A DNA stretch of 64,000 nucleotides from Candidatus Hydrogenedentota bacterium (GCA_045863335.1 BTVY01000014.1:1-64000), one strand, 5' to 3'; positions 49,261 through 59,170 are shown, counted from the stretch's first letter. Translations and numbers: made by a program. Notes: a model not told the origin generated them from the sequence alone.

Positions 49261-49307
49261 TTGACAAAATCGCCATGCCACGATAAAATACTGAATAGAT
49301 ATTCAGT
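49261..49307 (+). promoter_or_regulatory. sigma70 promoter with an 8-2-8 operator over the predicted TSS
   Basis: TTGACA (49261), 17 bp spacer, TAAAAT (49284); ACTGAATA-GA-TATTCAGT at 49290-49307. Confidence 0.7.
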
Positions 49308-49336
49308 TTATAATCCTGTCTGGAAAGGAGCAGGGT

Positions 49337-49531
49337 ATGGCTACTTCGTATCTCTTCGATCTGGAACCCTTTACACCGCCCCCACCCCGGCGGCGTCGGG
49401 CACCCCTCAGCCCGGGAATCCGGCAAGCCCTGGCGCGGTTGCGGCGGACCATGGACGCGATTCCCGCTGAGGAGTGGGAGCTGCGCCGGCGACGCTGGGA
49501 AGATCTGAATCAAAATCTCCGGTCGTCCTGA
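49337..49531 (+). CDS. small Arg/Pro-rich hypothetical protein (64 aa)
   Basis: AAAGGAG RBS and a near-consensus promoter immediately upstream. Confidence 0.65.
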   Translation: MATSYLFDLEPFTPPPPRRRRAPLSPGIRQALARLRRTMDAIPAEEWELRRRRWEDLNQNLRSS

Positions 49532-49813
49532 GTGACCCACTGGATGGGTGCGCATCGTGTAGATGGGTGACAGTTCGTCGGCTAGAAAAGTTCCAATCTA
49601 CTTGTCGCAGGCGGGATGGATTCCTGGGGCCGGGACGGGGCGCAGATGCGTCCGATGCCGGTTCACGTGCACGCTCCGGGCTTGCGAACAGCATGGTGGA
49701 CCATCGTCGTCAACCCTCTGTGCAGCAATCTCATAGGGCAAGCCATTTGCGGGAGCGGGTCAATCCCTTTACGTAGGCACGGCCATGCGCTGCGGGGCCA
49801 ACAAACCGGGCAA

Positions 49814-49829
49814 TGGCACAACGCTTGCA
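49814..49829 (+). promoter_or_regulatory. sigma54 -24/-12 promoter
   Basis: TGGCAC-AACGC-TTGCA, about 50 nt upstream of ATG49881. Confidence 0.7.
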
Positions 49830-49880
49830 CACTTCCCGGCAATCGGGAATTCACCAAACCAAGACCAAGGAGGCTGTGCA

Positions 49881-50186
49881 ATGAAAAGCCTACTGACGAC
49901 GCTCATGTTTGCGTTGGCCCTGACTATGGGTCCGATGCTGACGGGTTGCGAAGTTGAGCAAACCCGCGAAGGCGAAATGCCGGAGGTCGACATCGACGCC
50001 GAAGCGGGGCAGTTGCCGCAGTACGACGTAGACCCGGCGGACGTCGAAATCGGTACGGAAGAAATGACGATTGAAGTGCCCGATGTCGACATAGGCACCG
50101 AGGAACGCGAGATCACTGTGCCGGATATTGACGTGCAAATGCCGGACGAAGAACCTGAAGGTCTCGAGGAAGATCTGCAGGAATAA
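49881..50186 (+). CDS. small acidic lipoprotein with PDVD-type repeats
   Basis: AAGGAGG RBS, lipobox LTGC, MPEVDI/LPQYDV/VPDVDI/VPDIDV repeats. Confidence 0.8.
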   Translation: MKSLLTTLMFALALTMGPMLTGCEVEQTREGEMPEVDIDAEAGQLPQYDVDPADVEIGTEEMTIEVPDVDIGTEEREITVPDIDVQMPDEEPEGLEEDLQE

Positions 50187-50291
50187 GATCACATCCCCGG
50201 AATCGGGTTGACAGCGGTTAACGTCCGTTGATCGCGGGTTGATTGACTCCGGGGTTTCCCATATATGCGAGAAGGCAGGCACATTCTCGCG

Positions 50292-50340
50292 GTCCCGTTC
50301 CGCAGGCATTCAGAGCGTGCGGAACGGGACGGTTCTTTGT
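50292..50340 (+). terminator. 13 bp hairpin, possible terminator
   Basis: GTCCCGTTCCGCA / TGCGGAACGGGAC followed by GGTTCTTT. Confidence 0.4.
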
Positions 50341-50472
50341 CTGGAGGATCAGAATATCCTCCTTCCACAAGGCGTCCGATTCAGCACTTCGGCGGACCTG
50401 TGGCAATACGCCTTTGCTATCGCGTATTCTGCGTAGACAGGGGCAACCGCAGTTTGACGGAGGATAGAGTCC

Positions 50473-51780
50473 ATGCAACGCAGGAATTTGACCCGGCGTA
50501 CCTTCCTGATGGGCGCGGCCGCCATGGCCGCGGGATGCGCTACGGGCGGCAAACGTTCGATCTCGCCGAATGAGAAACTGAACATCGCCGCAATCGGCGT
50601 CGGCGGCCAGGGCGGCGCGGATTTGCGCTCCGTGGCGCATGAGAACATCGTCGCCATCTGCGACCTGGACCCGAACTATGCCGCGCGCGTGTTCAATGCC
50701 TTCGCCGATGTCCCCAAGTACACCGACTTCCGCGAGATGTTCGACAAGCAGAAGGACATCGAGGCGGTGGTCATCGCCACGCCGGATCACACCCACTACT
50801 TCGCCGCGAAGGCGGCCATTGAACGGGGCATCCACGTCTACGTCGAAAAGCCCATGTGCCATTACATTCCCGAGGCGCGCAAGTTGACGCAGCTCGCCAA
50901 AGACGCGGGCGTCGCCACGCAGATGGGCAACCAGGGCCACTCCTTCTACGGCGTCTGGCAACTGAAATCAATGATTGAGGAAGGTTGGCTGGGCCTGGTC
51001 CGCGAGGTCCATTGTTGGACCAACCGGCCCTCGTGGCCCCAGGGCATTGATCGGCCCACGGACATTCCGCCGGTGCCCGAAGGGCTGGACTGGGATCTCT
51101 GGCTCGGCTCGGCCCCGGCGCGTCCCTACCATCCCGAGTATTGCCCCCACAAATGGCGCGGCTGGTGGGATTTCGGATGCGCGGCCCTGGGCGACATGGG
51201 CTGCCATATTCTCGACGCGCCCTACACGGCGCTGAACCTCGGCATGCCCACGCGCGTAAGCGCGGAATCCTCCGGCGTGAATAGCGAGACCGGGCCGAAG
51301 TGGTCCATCATCACCTTCGAGTTTCCCGCGCGCGGTGAGATGCCGCCCGTGAAGCTGACCTGGCACGACGGCGGCAAGATGCCGGCCATGCCTGAAGGCA
51401 TCGACCCCAGCACCAAGCTCGGCGACAGCGACGGCGGCTCCTTGCTCATTGGCGACAGGGCCGTGTTGACCATCGGCACCTACGGCGGCAACCCGCGGCT
51501 ATTGCCGGAGGAAAAGCAGAAAGAGTACGAAGCGGCGCATCCGGATCGGCCCGAAGGCGTCAGCCACCACCGCACCTGGATCGACGCTTGCAAGGGCGGC
51601 ACCCCCTCGCTTTCCAACTTCGATTACGCGGGGCCCTTCACGGAACTCGTCCTGCTCGGCAACGTCGCCCTTCGCGCCGGGGTACCCATCGATTGGGACG
51701 CGGTAAAGATGCAGGTGAGCAACGCGCCGGAAGCCAACCAGTTCGTGACGCGGCCGTATCGGGAGCCGTGGGTGTTTTAG
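50473..51780 (+). CDS. Tat-exported Gfo/Idh/MocA oxidoreductase
   Basis: TRRTFL, GVGGQG, TPDHTH, VEKP, DMGCH. Confidence 0.92.
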   Translation: MQRRNLTRRTFLMGAAAMAAGCATGGKRSISPNEKLNIAAIGVGGQGGADLRSVAHENIVAICDLDPNYAARVFNAFADVPKYTDFREMFDKQKDIEAVVIATPDHTHYFAAKAAIERGIHVYVEKPMCHYIPEARKLTQLAKDAGVATQMGNQGHSFYGVWQLKSMIEEGWLGLVREVHCWTNRPSWPQGIDRPTDIPPVPEGLDWDLWLGSAPARPYHPEYCPHKWRGWWDFGCAALGDMGCHILDAPYTALNLGMPTRVSAESSGVNSETGPKWSIITFEFPARGEMPPVKLTWHDGGKMPAMPEGIDPSTKLGDSDGGSLLIGDRAVLTIGTYGGNPRLLPEEKQKEYEAAHPDRPEGVSHHRTWIDACKGGTPSLSNFDYAGPFTELVLLGNVALRAGVPIDWDAVKMQVSNAPEANQFVTRPYREPWVF

Positions 51781-51787
51781 AAGGTGG

Positions 51788-51883
51788 ATGGACGGTATGG
51801 ACTCTATGGACAAAATGGACGGATTGGGGCTGGCGGGACGAGTTCGATAGGTTCATTCTGTCCATAGAGTCCATACTGTCCAT
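51788..51883. repeat. 33 bp inverted repeat built from 9-mer ATGGACNNN units
   Basis: ATGGACGGT ATGGACTCT ATGGACAAA ATGGAC versus the reverse complement of 51851-51883 (3 differences). Confidence 0.75.
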
Positions 51884-52038
51884 ATTCTTCAAGTCCCCGC
51901 CGCGACCCGGTCTCCCCCTACCCTCCAAGTTTCTTATTGCTAATCCGACACAATTCAGGTAAACTCTTGTCCTTTTGAGGACTGCATCGGTTCTTGGTGA
52001 AAAAGCGCAGTTTCGCGCAGAGAGGCCCCTGGTATTTC

Positions 52039-53916
52039 ATGACCACGTCGGACAAGATTCGTAATCTGGCGATTGTCGCCCATATCGATCATGGCAAAAC
52101 GACCCTGATCGACTCGATTTTCCGCGCCACGCACACGTTCCGCGAGAACGCCCGCGTGGACGAGCGGGTCATGGACAACAACGAGTTAGAGCGCGAGCGC
52201 GGCATCACCATCCGGGCCAAGCACTGCACGGTCGAATGGCAGGACTACCGCATCAACATCATCGACACGCCGGGCCACGCCGATTTCTCGGGCGAGGTCG
52301 AGCGGGTGCTATCCATGGTCGATTCGGTGCTGCTCCTCGTGGACGCGAATGAAGGCCCCATGCCGCAAACGCGCTACGTCCTGATGCGGGCCCTGAAACT
52401 GGGGCTCAAGCCCATTGTCATCGTCAACAAGGCCGACCGGCCCAACGCCAATCCCGCGGGCGCGCTGGACAAGACCTTCGACCTCTTCCTCGAACTCGGC
52501 GCCAACGACGAGCAGGCCGATTTCCCGGTGCTGTACGGCTCCGGCCTCCACGGCTGGTTCGTCCATGATCTGGAAACCGACGAGCGGAACGGCATGGACC
52601 CCTTGTTCGAGACGATCATCGAGCGCGTGCCGCCGCCCCTCGTTAACCCCGATGCGCCGTTCCTCATGCAGGTCAGCACCATCGCCTGGCGCGATCATAT
52701 CGGCCGCGTCGGCTGCGGGCGCGTCCTGCAAGGCACGCTCAAGAAGGGTAAACATTTCATCCGCACGACGACCCAGTGGAAAGACTACTGCCAGTCGGAG
52801 GGTTGGGAAGTGGTCGACGCGGTGGAAGAGAAGAGCACGCACCTTTGGGTGACGCGCGGGCTTGATGCAATTGAGGTGACCAGTGTGACCGCCGGCGACA
52901 TCGTCTGGGTCGCGGGTCCCAAGGAAATTCACATCGGCGACACCTTCTCCGCCGAAGAAATCGAGGACCCGGCCTTGCCGCCGCTGGAAATCGAAGAGCC
53001 GACGGTGTCCATGCTGTTCCTCGTGAACAACGGCCCCCTGTCCGGCAAGGAAGGCCGCGCGGTCACCCTGCGTCAGATCAAGGATCGCCTGAACCGCGAA
53101 CTGCGCGTGAACGTGGCGCTCCGCGTCGAAGATCTGGGCCGCGCCGACGGCGTCAAAGTCAGCGGCCGCGGCGAGCTGCATCTCGCGATCCTCATCGAAG
53201 AGATGCGCCGCGAAGGCATGGAGCTGTGCGTATCCGCGCCGGAGATCATCACCCATCGCGATTCCCATGGCGCGTTGCTGGAGCCCATGGAAGAGTTGGT
53301 CATCGACGTGCCGAACGAGTATCAGGGCGTGGTGATTGAGAAGGTCGCCAAGCGCAAGGGCGAACTCACCAGCATGCACAATGCGGGCACCGGCATGATC
53401 CGGCTCGAATTCAAGATTCCCACCCGCGGTCTCATCGGATACCGCAACGATTTCCTTACTGACACCCGCGGCCTCGGTATCATGGCCTCGCGCTTCGTCG
53501 GCTACGGACCCTGGTGCGGCGAGGTTGTGGCACGGCAGCGCGGCTCCATGGTCAGCATGGACACGGGCGACGCCACCAGCTACAGCCTGGACAACTTGCA
53601 ACAGCGCGGGACCATGTTCGTCAAGCCGATGGACCCCGTCTACACGGGCATGATCATCGGCGAGAATTCCCGCCCCGGCGATTTGCCCTGCAACCCGACG
53701 AAGACTAAGGCCCTCACCAACCACCGCGCCGCCGGAAAAGATCACACGACAGCGCTGGATGTGCCGCGCACGCTCACGCTGGATACAGCTATGGAGTGGA
53801 TCGCCCCGGACGAGTTGGTGGAAGTGACACCCCAGTCCATTCGCGTACGCAAAGCCGTGCTCGACGCCGAGGAACGCAAGCGCATCGAGAAGCGGACTTC
53901 CGCGCTGGCGGGCTGA
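52039..53916 (+). CDS. typA: translational GTPase TypA/BipA
   Basis: [47 protein letters not shown]. Confidence 0.95.
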   Translation: MTTSDKIRNLAIVAHIDHGKTTLIDSIFRATHTFRENARVDERVMDNNELERERGITIRAKHCTVEWQDYRINIIDTPGHADFSGEVERVLSMVDSVLLLVDANEGPMPQTRYVLMRALKLGLKPIVIVNKADRPNANPAGALDKTFDLFLELGANDEQADFPVLYGSGLHGWFVHDLETDERNGMDPLFETIIERVPPPLVNPDAPFLMQVSTIAWRDHIGRVGCGRVLQGTLKKGKHFIRTTTQWKDYCQSEGWEVVDAVEEKSTHLWVTRGLDAIEVTSVTAGDIVWVAGPKEIHIGDTFSAEEIEDPALPPLEIEEPTVSMLFLVNNGPLSGKEGRAVTLRQIKDRLNRELRVNVALRVEDLGRADGVKVSGRGELHLAILIEEMRREGMELCVSAPEIITHRDSHGALLEPMEELVIDVPNEYQGVVIEKVAKRKGELTSMHNAGTGMIRLEFKIPTRGLIGYRNDFLTDTRGLGIMASRFVGYGPWCGEVVARQRGSMVSMDTGDATSYSLDNLQQRGTMFVKPMDPVYTGMIIGENSRPGDLPCNPTKTKALTNHRAAGKDHTTALDVPRTLTLDTAMEWIAPDELVEVTPQSIRVRKAVLDAEERKRIEKRTSALAG

Positions 53917-53961
53917 GGGGCAAACGCCGGTTGCGGCGCAGGCTGATGGGTGCATGCTAAT

Positions 53962-53985
53962 TGTGGTGCAGGCTTCCAGCCTGCG
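53962..53985. repeat. REP-like palindrome
   Basis: TGTGGT-GCAGGCT-TCC-AGCCTGC, intergenic. Confidence 0.4.
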
Positions 53986-54162
53986 GATTTGTGATGAGGC
54001 ATGCCCTCTGATCTATACTGGTGGCTGCATGTTGGCTCCCATCGGTTGCCTGTGAGGAACCCCCATTCCCCGCCGGAGACTTCGCGCCCGCCTCTGCGAC
54101 CCCCGCTTGCGGCGCGTCCGATGGTACAAAGCTGCAATCGGAATCGGAGGTTTCCATCATAT

Positions 54163-55371
54163 ATGCCCTTTGACGCGTTCGACCTGGACCCTCGCTGTCT
54201 GCGGGTACTCCACGAAGCGGACATTCAGACGCCCACGCCTATTCAGGCCCAGGCCATCCCCGTGGCCCTGACTGGCCGGGACGTGATCGGTGTCGCGCAG
54301 ACGGGCACGGGCAAGACGCTCGCCTTTACCCTTCCCAGCCTGACCCGCCTGGCCCAGGAGAAACTGCGCCGCAACATGATGCTGGTGCTCGTCCCCACGC
54401 GGGAATTGGCGGTCCAAGTGGAAAAGGTGGTCGAGGAAATCGGTAAGCCCCTGCAGATCCGAAGCGTTGCCGTCTACGGAGGCGTCAGCCTCGAACGACA
54501 GGCAGGTGAACTCAAACGCGGCCGCGCCGTCGTCGTGGCTACGCCGGGGCGCCTGCTGGATCACATGGGCCGGGGCAATCTGAGCTTCGAGGAGTTGTCC
54601 ATTTTGGTCCTTGACGAAGCGGACCGCATGCTGGATATGGGCTTCCTGCCCGACATCCGAAAGATCCTGCGGAAGCTCCCGCGCGAACGGCAGACCTTGA
54701 TGTTCTCCGCCACGTTTCCGGACGAAATCAATCGCCTCACCGGCGAAATGATGCATAACCCGGAACGCGTGAGCGTGGGCGCCATATCCCGTCCCGTGGA
54801 CGCGGTCCGGCAGCTCTTGTATACCGTCATGCCGGAACACAAGTCGGAATTGCTGCTCGACATCCTTCGCTCGAAGGACATCAAGTCAGCGGTCGTCTTT
54901 CTCCGCACGAAACAGCGCACCGAGCGCGTTGCGCAGACCTTGCGCAAGCAGGGATTCAAAGCTGCGGCCATCCACGGCGACCGCTCGCAGAAACAGCGCG
55001 AACAGGCCCTCGATGGATTCCGCAAAGGCAAGTACCGGGTGTTGGTGGCCACCGACGTGGCCGCGCGCGGGCTCGACGTGGAAGGCATCAGCCACGTCAT
55101 CAATTTCGACATTCCCCCGACCGCCGACGACTACATCCACCGCATCGGCCGTACCGCCCGCGCCGAAGCCGAAGGCGACGCCATCACCTTCGTCTCCCCC
55201 AGCGAACACCTCCCCCTCGAAGCCATCGAACGCGCCCTCGCCCGCCGCCTCCCCCGCGCCGAATGGGAAAAGGCCGTGCCCGTGCTCTCCCTCTACTCGC
55301 CCCCCGGCGAGAGCAAGAAAACCTCCAGCAGCCGGCGCCGCACCGGCGGCAGGCTGCTGCGGAGGCGATAG
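54163..55371 (+). CDS. DEAD-box RNA helicase (RhlE-like)
   Basis: Q motif, AQTGTGKT, PTRELA, DEAD, SAT, HRIGRTAR; GGAGG RBS. Confidence 0.94.
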   Translation: MPFDAFDLDPRCLRVLHEADIQTPTPIQAQAIPVALTGRDVIGVAQTGTGKTLAFTLPSLTRLAQEKLRRNMMLVLVPTRELAVQVEKVVEEIGKPLQIRSVAVYGGVSLERQAGELKRGRAVVVATPGRLLDHMGRGNLSFEELSILVLDEADRMLDMGFLPDIRKILRKLPRERQTLMFSATFPDEINRLTGEMMHNPERVSVGAISRPVDAVRQLLYTVMPEHKSELLLDILRSKDIKSAVVFLRTKQRTERVAQTLRKQGFKAAAIHGDRSQKQREQALDGFRKGKYRVLVATDVAARGLDVEGISHVINFDIPPTADDYIHRIGRTARAEAEGDAITFVSPSEHLPLEAIERALARRLPRAEWEKAVPVLSLYSPPGESKKTSSSRRRTGGRLLRRR

Positions 55372-55595
55372 GGGACAACAAGTACTCGCTCTGTCGATGA
55401 CCGCGCGAGGTCGTCCCCGAGGAACTTGGTTTCTCGCATTCGGCCCTGGCGCTTGCACAGTTCGCGGGAGTGCCGCGCTCGTCGAGCAAGGCACTACGGC
55501 CGCTCTGCGCGATCGAATTCAGCCAGGCTTGATCGAACCATTACGGAACGCGGATAGGTCGAATTCGATGGATAGAACGCTCGAGCTTCTGCTCG

Positions 55596-55835
55596 TCAAG
55601 CCGTGCCCTGCATGGCGTTCACGAATTCTCGGCCTGACATGGGTGGCGGAAGCGGTCGCCCCTCTTGTTCGTACAACCGGATGTTCTCTTCGACTATTTC
55701 GCACAGCATATCGAATACATTCCGGGCGTCGGGACCATGGCAGCCTCCGTAGAACAACTCAGGACAACTTCCTATAAAGCAGCAATCATCGTCGGACCAC
55801 TCGACGATCTTGACGTACCGGTTTCCCACACTCAT
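55596..55835 (-). CDS. short HicB-like antitoxin (no hicA seen)
   Basis: Y..IVEWSDDD.CFIG.CPEL..G.HG...EGRPLP pattern. Confidence 0.7.
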   Translation of the reverse strand: MSVGNRYVKIVEWSDDDCCFIGSCPELFYGGCHGPDARNVFDMLCEIVEENIRLYEQEGRPLPPPMSGREFVNAMQGTA

Positions 55836-55861
55836 TCTCGTGCCTCCAGATACAATCCCCG

Positions 55862-56179
55862 TTACGCCGGCTCATCCACCTCATCCAAATTGGCTTCTGC
55901 GTGCAGTCTCAAACCCAAAGCGCCGACGACTTTGAGAATCGTGTCGAAACTCGGCGTTCGTTCACCGGACAGCGCTTTATATAGGCTTTCGCGGGAAACA
56001 CCAGCGTCGCGAGCCACTTGGGACATTCCTTTCGCTCGTGCGATATCGCCAAGCGCCTTCGCGATGAATGCAGCATCTCCGTTGGCCTCTTCGAAGCTCG
56101 CTTCAAGATATGCTGCCATTTCTTCAGGAGTACGAAGATGCTCGGCCACGTCGTATCGTGTCGTGATTGTCTTTGCCAT
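55862..56179 (-). CDS. addiction module antidote protein (HigA-like HTH)
   Basis: YDVAEHL..EEMAAYL, ALGDIARAKGMSQVARDAGVSRESLYKALS. Confidence 0.9.
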   Translation of the reverse strand: MAKTITTRYDVAEHLRTPEEMAAYLEASFEEANGDAAFIAKALGDIARAKGMSQVARDAGVSRESLYKALSGERTPSFDTILKVVGALGLRLHAEANLDEVDEPA

Positions 56180-56188
56180 CAAATATTC

Positions 56189-56482
56189 CTATTCCAGGTT
56201 TCGCGCCAACTGCAACGCGGTCTTGATATCTCGACTCTGCGTACTCTTGTCGCCCCCGGCCAACAATATGATCAACTCTCGTTTGCGCCTTACGAAATAC
56301 ACCCGGTAACCGGGCCCATAATCAATCCGCAACTCAGAGACACCTTCACCGATTGGCCGCACATCCCCAGGATTCCCCGCCGCCAAGCGTTCAACCCTGA
56401 CAAGTATTCGAGCTCGCGCACGGACGTCTCGCAATCCGTCTAGCCAATTGGCGTAAACATGAGTTTTGCGGATTTCGGTCAC
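56189..56482 (-). CDS. addiction module killer protein (RelE/ParE, HigB-like toxin)
   Basis: WLDGLRD.RARARI, GNPGD, GVSELRIDYGPGYRVYF, LLAGGDKSTQ. Confidence 0.9.
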   Translation of the reverse strand: MTEIRKTHVYANWLDGLRDVRARARILVRVERLAAGNPGDVRPIGEGVSELRIDYGPGYRVYFVRRKRELIILLAGGDKSTQSRDIKTALQLARNLE

Positions 56483-56488
56483 TTTTCA

Positions 56489-56517
56489 ATTGTAGCCCAT
56501 AGGCTACAAGCTGTCAA
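56489..56517 (-). promoter_or_regulatory. sigma70 promoter and operator of the TA operon
   Basis: Minus strand TTGACA-17-TACAAT; palindrome TTGTAGCC-CATA-GGCTACAA at 56490-56509. Confidence 0.75.
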
Positions 56518-56640
56518 GGCTGACATGAGGCGCGAGTCGGAGAACTCAGATGCTCCGTCACAATGTGCGAATTTGGTCCTACAGGTCCGTATAATGTCGT
56601 TCCTGCATATGCAACACCCGATCCGGGAGGAGAAACATAC

Positions 56641-58920
56641 GTGCCGATAACTCGTTCATATCTCATGCTCATCCTGTCGTTCGTAATGGTTGGAATCGCC
56701 CACGCCGCTACGCCCATTCCCGATACGCCCTTCATTCAGGAGTATCACGAGCCGTATTCGATCCAACCGGGGCAGGCGGGCGATGACGTGCGTGCGGTGG
56801 CGGTCGATCCGTCGGGCGTGGTCTGGGCGGCGACGGGTGGGGGACTCTGGTCGTTGCGGGATGGCGGATGGTCGCGACAGGAAGGCATTACCGAGGGGAG
56901 CACATTCGACGTTTTTGTCGAGCCTTCCGACGGCGGGACCGTGGTCTGGGTAGCCGCATGGGACGGCCTCTACTCGGTGTCCGACGGCGAAACGATTAAG
57001 CATGCCGACGTGGAAGGGCCGGTGTCCGTGGTGGGTCAAGGTCCGGATGGCGTTGTGGCGCTCGGGCCGAACGGCTCGTGGATGAAGAAGAGTGGCGAAT
57101 GGATCGAACTCGAGGGCAACTGGTCGCGCAATCTACACGATGTGACCAGGGGACCCGACGGCCATCTCTGGGTCGCCACGCATATGGGCTTGTATAAGCA
57201 GAGCGACGAGGGCCTTCGCCGGTTCTTCCAGCCGAACGAGTTGTACTCCGCCGCGGTGAACGGTATCGCCTTCGCGCCGGATGGCCGGCTCTGGGTGGGC
57301 AGCTGGGGCGGCATCAGCGTGCTGGAAAACGATGTCTGTGTGGATCAGATCATCGGCGAGGACGGATTACCCTGGTGGAACGTGACGTGCATGGCCTTCG
57401 CGCCAGACGGCACACTCTGGGCCGGCACGACGCAAGGCGTTTCGCGTTACCATGATTCCCGGGAGTGGATCGCGCGCAATAACGGAAGTAAGTGGTCGCA
57501 CCGTCACAGCCGCCGTTGGTTGCTCAGTGACGAGGTGCGCTCCATCGCTTTCGACAGCGAAGGCACCGCGTGGATCGGCACCAGCAAAGGCGTCAGCGCG
57601 ATCAAGCGCCGCATCATGACGCTGGCCGAAAAGGCGGAGTTCTACCAGCAGCGCCTGGAAGAACGCCACGTGCGCCCTCCGGGATTCGTGGAGAAATGCC
57701 GCTATCCCAATCCCGAAGACCGCCGCGTATGGGAACCCGTCGATGACGACAACGACGGCGAGTACACGAGCTTGTACATGATCATGGAGTCCATGCGCTA
57801 CGCAGTGACCAAGGATCCGCAGGCCAAGGCCAACGCCGATCGCGCGTATGAAGCGTTGGAGTATCTGCGTATCGTGACGGACTCCGACGGGTTCTTCGCG
57901 CGTACAGTGGTCCCGTCGACCTGGGAAACCATGGCCGATATGAACGAGGAGTTCACGGAAGAGCAGGTCGCCGAACGGCAAGTGCGTGATCCGCGTTGGA
58001 AACCGGTCGAGAAGCGGTGGCGGTTGTCATCCGACGGCAAATGGTACTGGAAGGGCGATACCAGTTCCGACGAAATCGTCGGCCACTTTGCGGGCTACCT
58101 CTTCTACTACGATCTGGTGGCTGACGACGCGCGGAAAATGCGGGTGGCGAACCACGTGAAGACCATTATGGATCACGTCATTCGCCATGATTACACGCTC
58201 ACCGATCCCATCGACGGCAAACCCACACGCTGGGGCGTCTGGACGCCGCAGATCTTGCATACCGACCAAGACTGGTGGGTCGAAGGCCAAATCAACGCGG
58301 TCGAGATGCTGTCGTTCTTAAAACTGACGCAATACCTGACCGGCGAAGCGAAGTACCAGCGGCTTTATGAAAAGTGGCTGGACACCTACAACTTCAAAGA
58401 AATCGCGCGCCGTCCCAAAGCGCCGAACCGCTCCGAATGGAGCCATATCGACGACACGATCATGGCGGAAATCATGCCCGTACTTTTGAAGTACGAGAAT
58501 GATCCCGGGCTGCGCGAACTCTACATGGAAGGCTTCACGTGGTCGTACCGCATGGTCGAGCACGATCAAAACCCCTGGTTCAACTTCACCTTCGGCATGC
58601 TTGGCGGCGAGAACTTTCACGCGGCAGAGAGCGTGGAGTTTCTCCGCGACCAGCCCCTCGACCTGATCCAATGGCAAATCGATAACTCGTTCCGCGAAGA
58701 CATCGACCTCGTGCGCAACCCCATGCAGGAACCCCTCCAGACCAGCCGCATGCTTCCCCCCAGCGAGCGCGGCGTCATGCGCTGGGACAAGAACCCCTGG
58801 GCCGTGATCTCCGGCGACTTCTCCCATCCCGAAGGCATCCTGGAAAGTAGCGGCGTGTTCTGGCTGCTTCCCTACTGGATGGGCCGTTACTGCGGGTTTA
58901 TCGAGGCGCCGTCAGGCTAG
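56641..58920 (+). CDS. secreted protein: beta-propeller repeats plus C-terminal helical, possibly glycosidase-like, domain
   Basis: GGAGG RBS, signal peptide, repeated (A/T)..PDG.LW.GT..G blades; DNDGEYT, WKGDTSSDE, W.LPYWMGRY. Confidence 0.75.
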   Translation: MPITRSYLMLILSFVMVGIAHAATPIPDTPFIQEYHEPYSIQPGQAGDDVRAVAVDPSGVVWAATGGGLWSLRDGGWSRQEGITEGSTFDVFVEPSDGGTVVWVAAWDGLYSVSDGETIKHADVEGPVSVVGQGPDGVVALGPNGSWMKKSGEWIELEGNWSRNLHDVTRGPDGHLWVATHMGLYKQSDEGLRRFFQPNELYSAAVNGIAFAPDGRLWVGSWGGISVLENDVCVDQIIGEDGLPWWNVTCMAFAPDGTLWAGTTQGVSRYHDSREWIARNNGSKWSHRHSRRWLLSDEVRSIAFDSEGTAWIGTSKGVSAIKRRIMTLAEKAEFYQQRLEERHVRPPGFVEKCRYPNPEDRRVWEPVDDDNDGEYTSLYMIMESMRYAVTKDPQAKANADRAYEALEYLRIVTDSDGFFARTVVPSTWETMADMNEEFTEEQVAERQVRDPRWKPVEKRWRLSSDGKWYWKGDTSSDEIVGHFAGYLFYYDLVADDARKMRVANHVKTIMDHVIRHDYTLTDPIDGKPTRWGVWTPQILHTDQDWWVEGQINAVEMLSFLKLTQYLTGEAKYQRLYEKWLDTYNFKEIARRPKAPNRSEWSHIDDTIMAEIMPVLLKYENDPGLRELYMEGFTWSYRMVEHDQNPWFNFTFGMLGGENFHAAESVEFLRDQPLDLIQWQIDNSFREDIDLVRNPMQEPLQTSRMLPPSERGVMRWDKNPWAVISGDFSHPEGILESSGVFWLLPYWMGRYCGFIEAPSG

Positions 58921-58936
58921 TTGAGGCAGCCAGATA

Positions 58937-58973
58937 CAGGCCATGCCGCATTTCTGAAATGCGGTATGGCCTG
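58937..58973. terminator. long hairpin after the propeller gene
   Basis: CAGGCCATGCCGCATTTC/GAAATGCGGTATGGCCTG. Confidence 0.5.
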
Positions 58974-59092
58974 CCTCATTTGCGCATCATGGATTCCACT
59001 CCCATTCCAACGCGTCTCGCGCGCTCCGCGATAAATAATTGAGGTATGTAGGCTTGGGAAAAAACCTTCCTTTGCGACCGGCTTTGTCTCAT

Positions 59093-59108
59093 TGGTATAC
59101 GTTTTGCT
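59093..59108 (+). promoter_or_regulatory. possible sigma54 promoter
   Basis: TGGTAT-ACGTT-TTGCT (GG-N10-GC spacing), about 60 nt upstream of hsp20. Confidence 0.5.
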
Positions 59109-59170
59109 CCCCCAACGGTGACGCGATATGTCACGTGAACTTCGAATTCGGCCGTAGGAGGTGAATCGTC

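Noticed and set aside
51788-51883. CRISPR-like repeat array
   Set aside because: The units are 9 bp with no spacers, and there are no cas genes in the window.
52309-53955. Long antisense ORFs (also 18084..19460, 32753..34075, 35036..36469, 36601..37842, 47452..48600, 6171..7367)
   Set aside because: Shadow frames of well-supported genes, expected with high-GC codon bias; no recognisable motifs.
59127-59142. Second parS-like site TATGTCACGTGAACTT
   Set aside because: Only about 11 of 16 positions match and the symmetry is imperfect.
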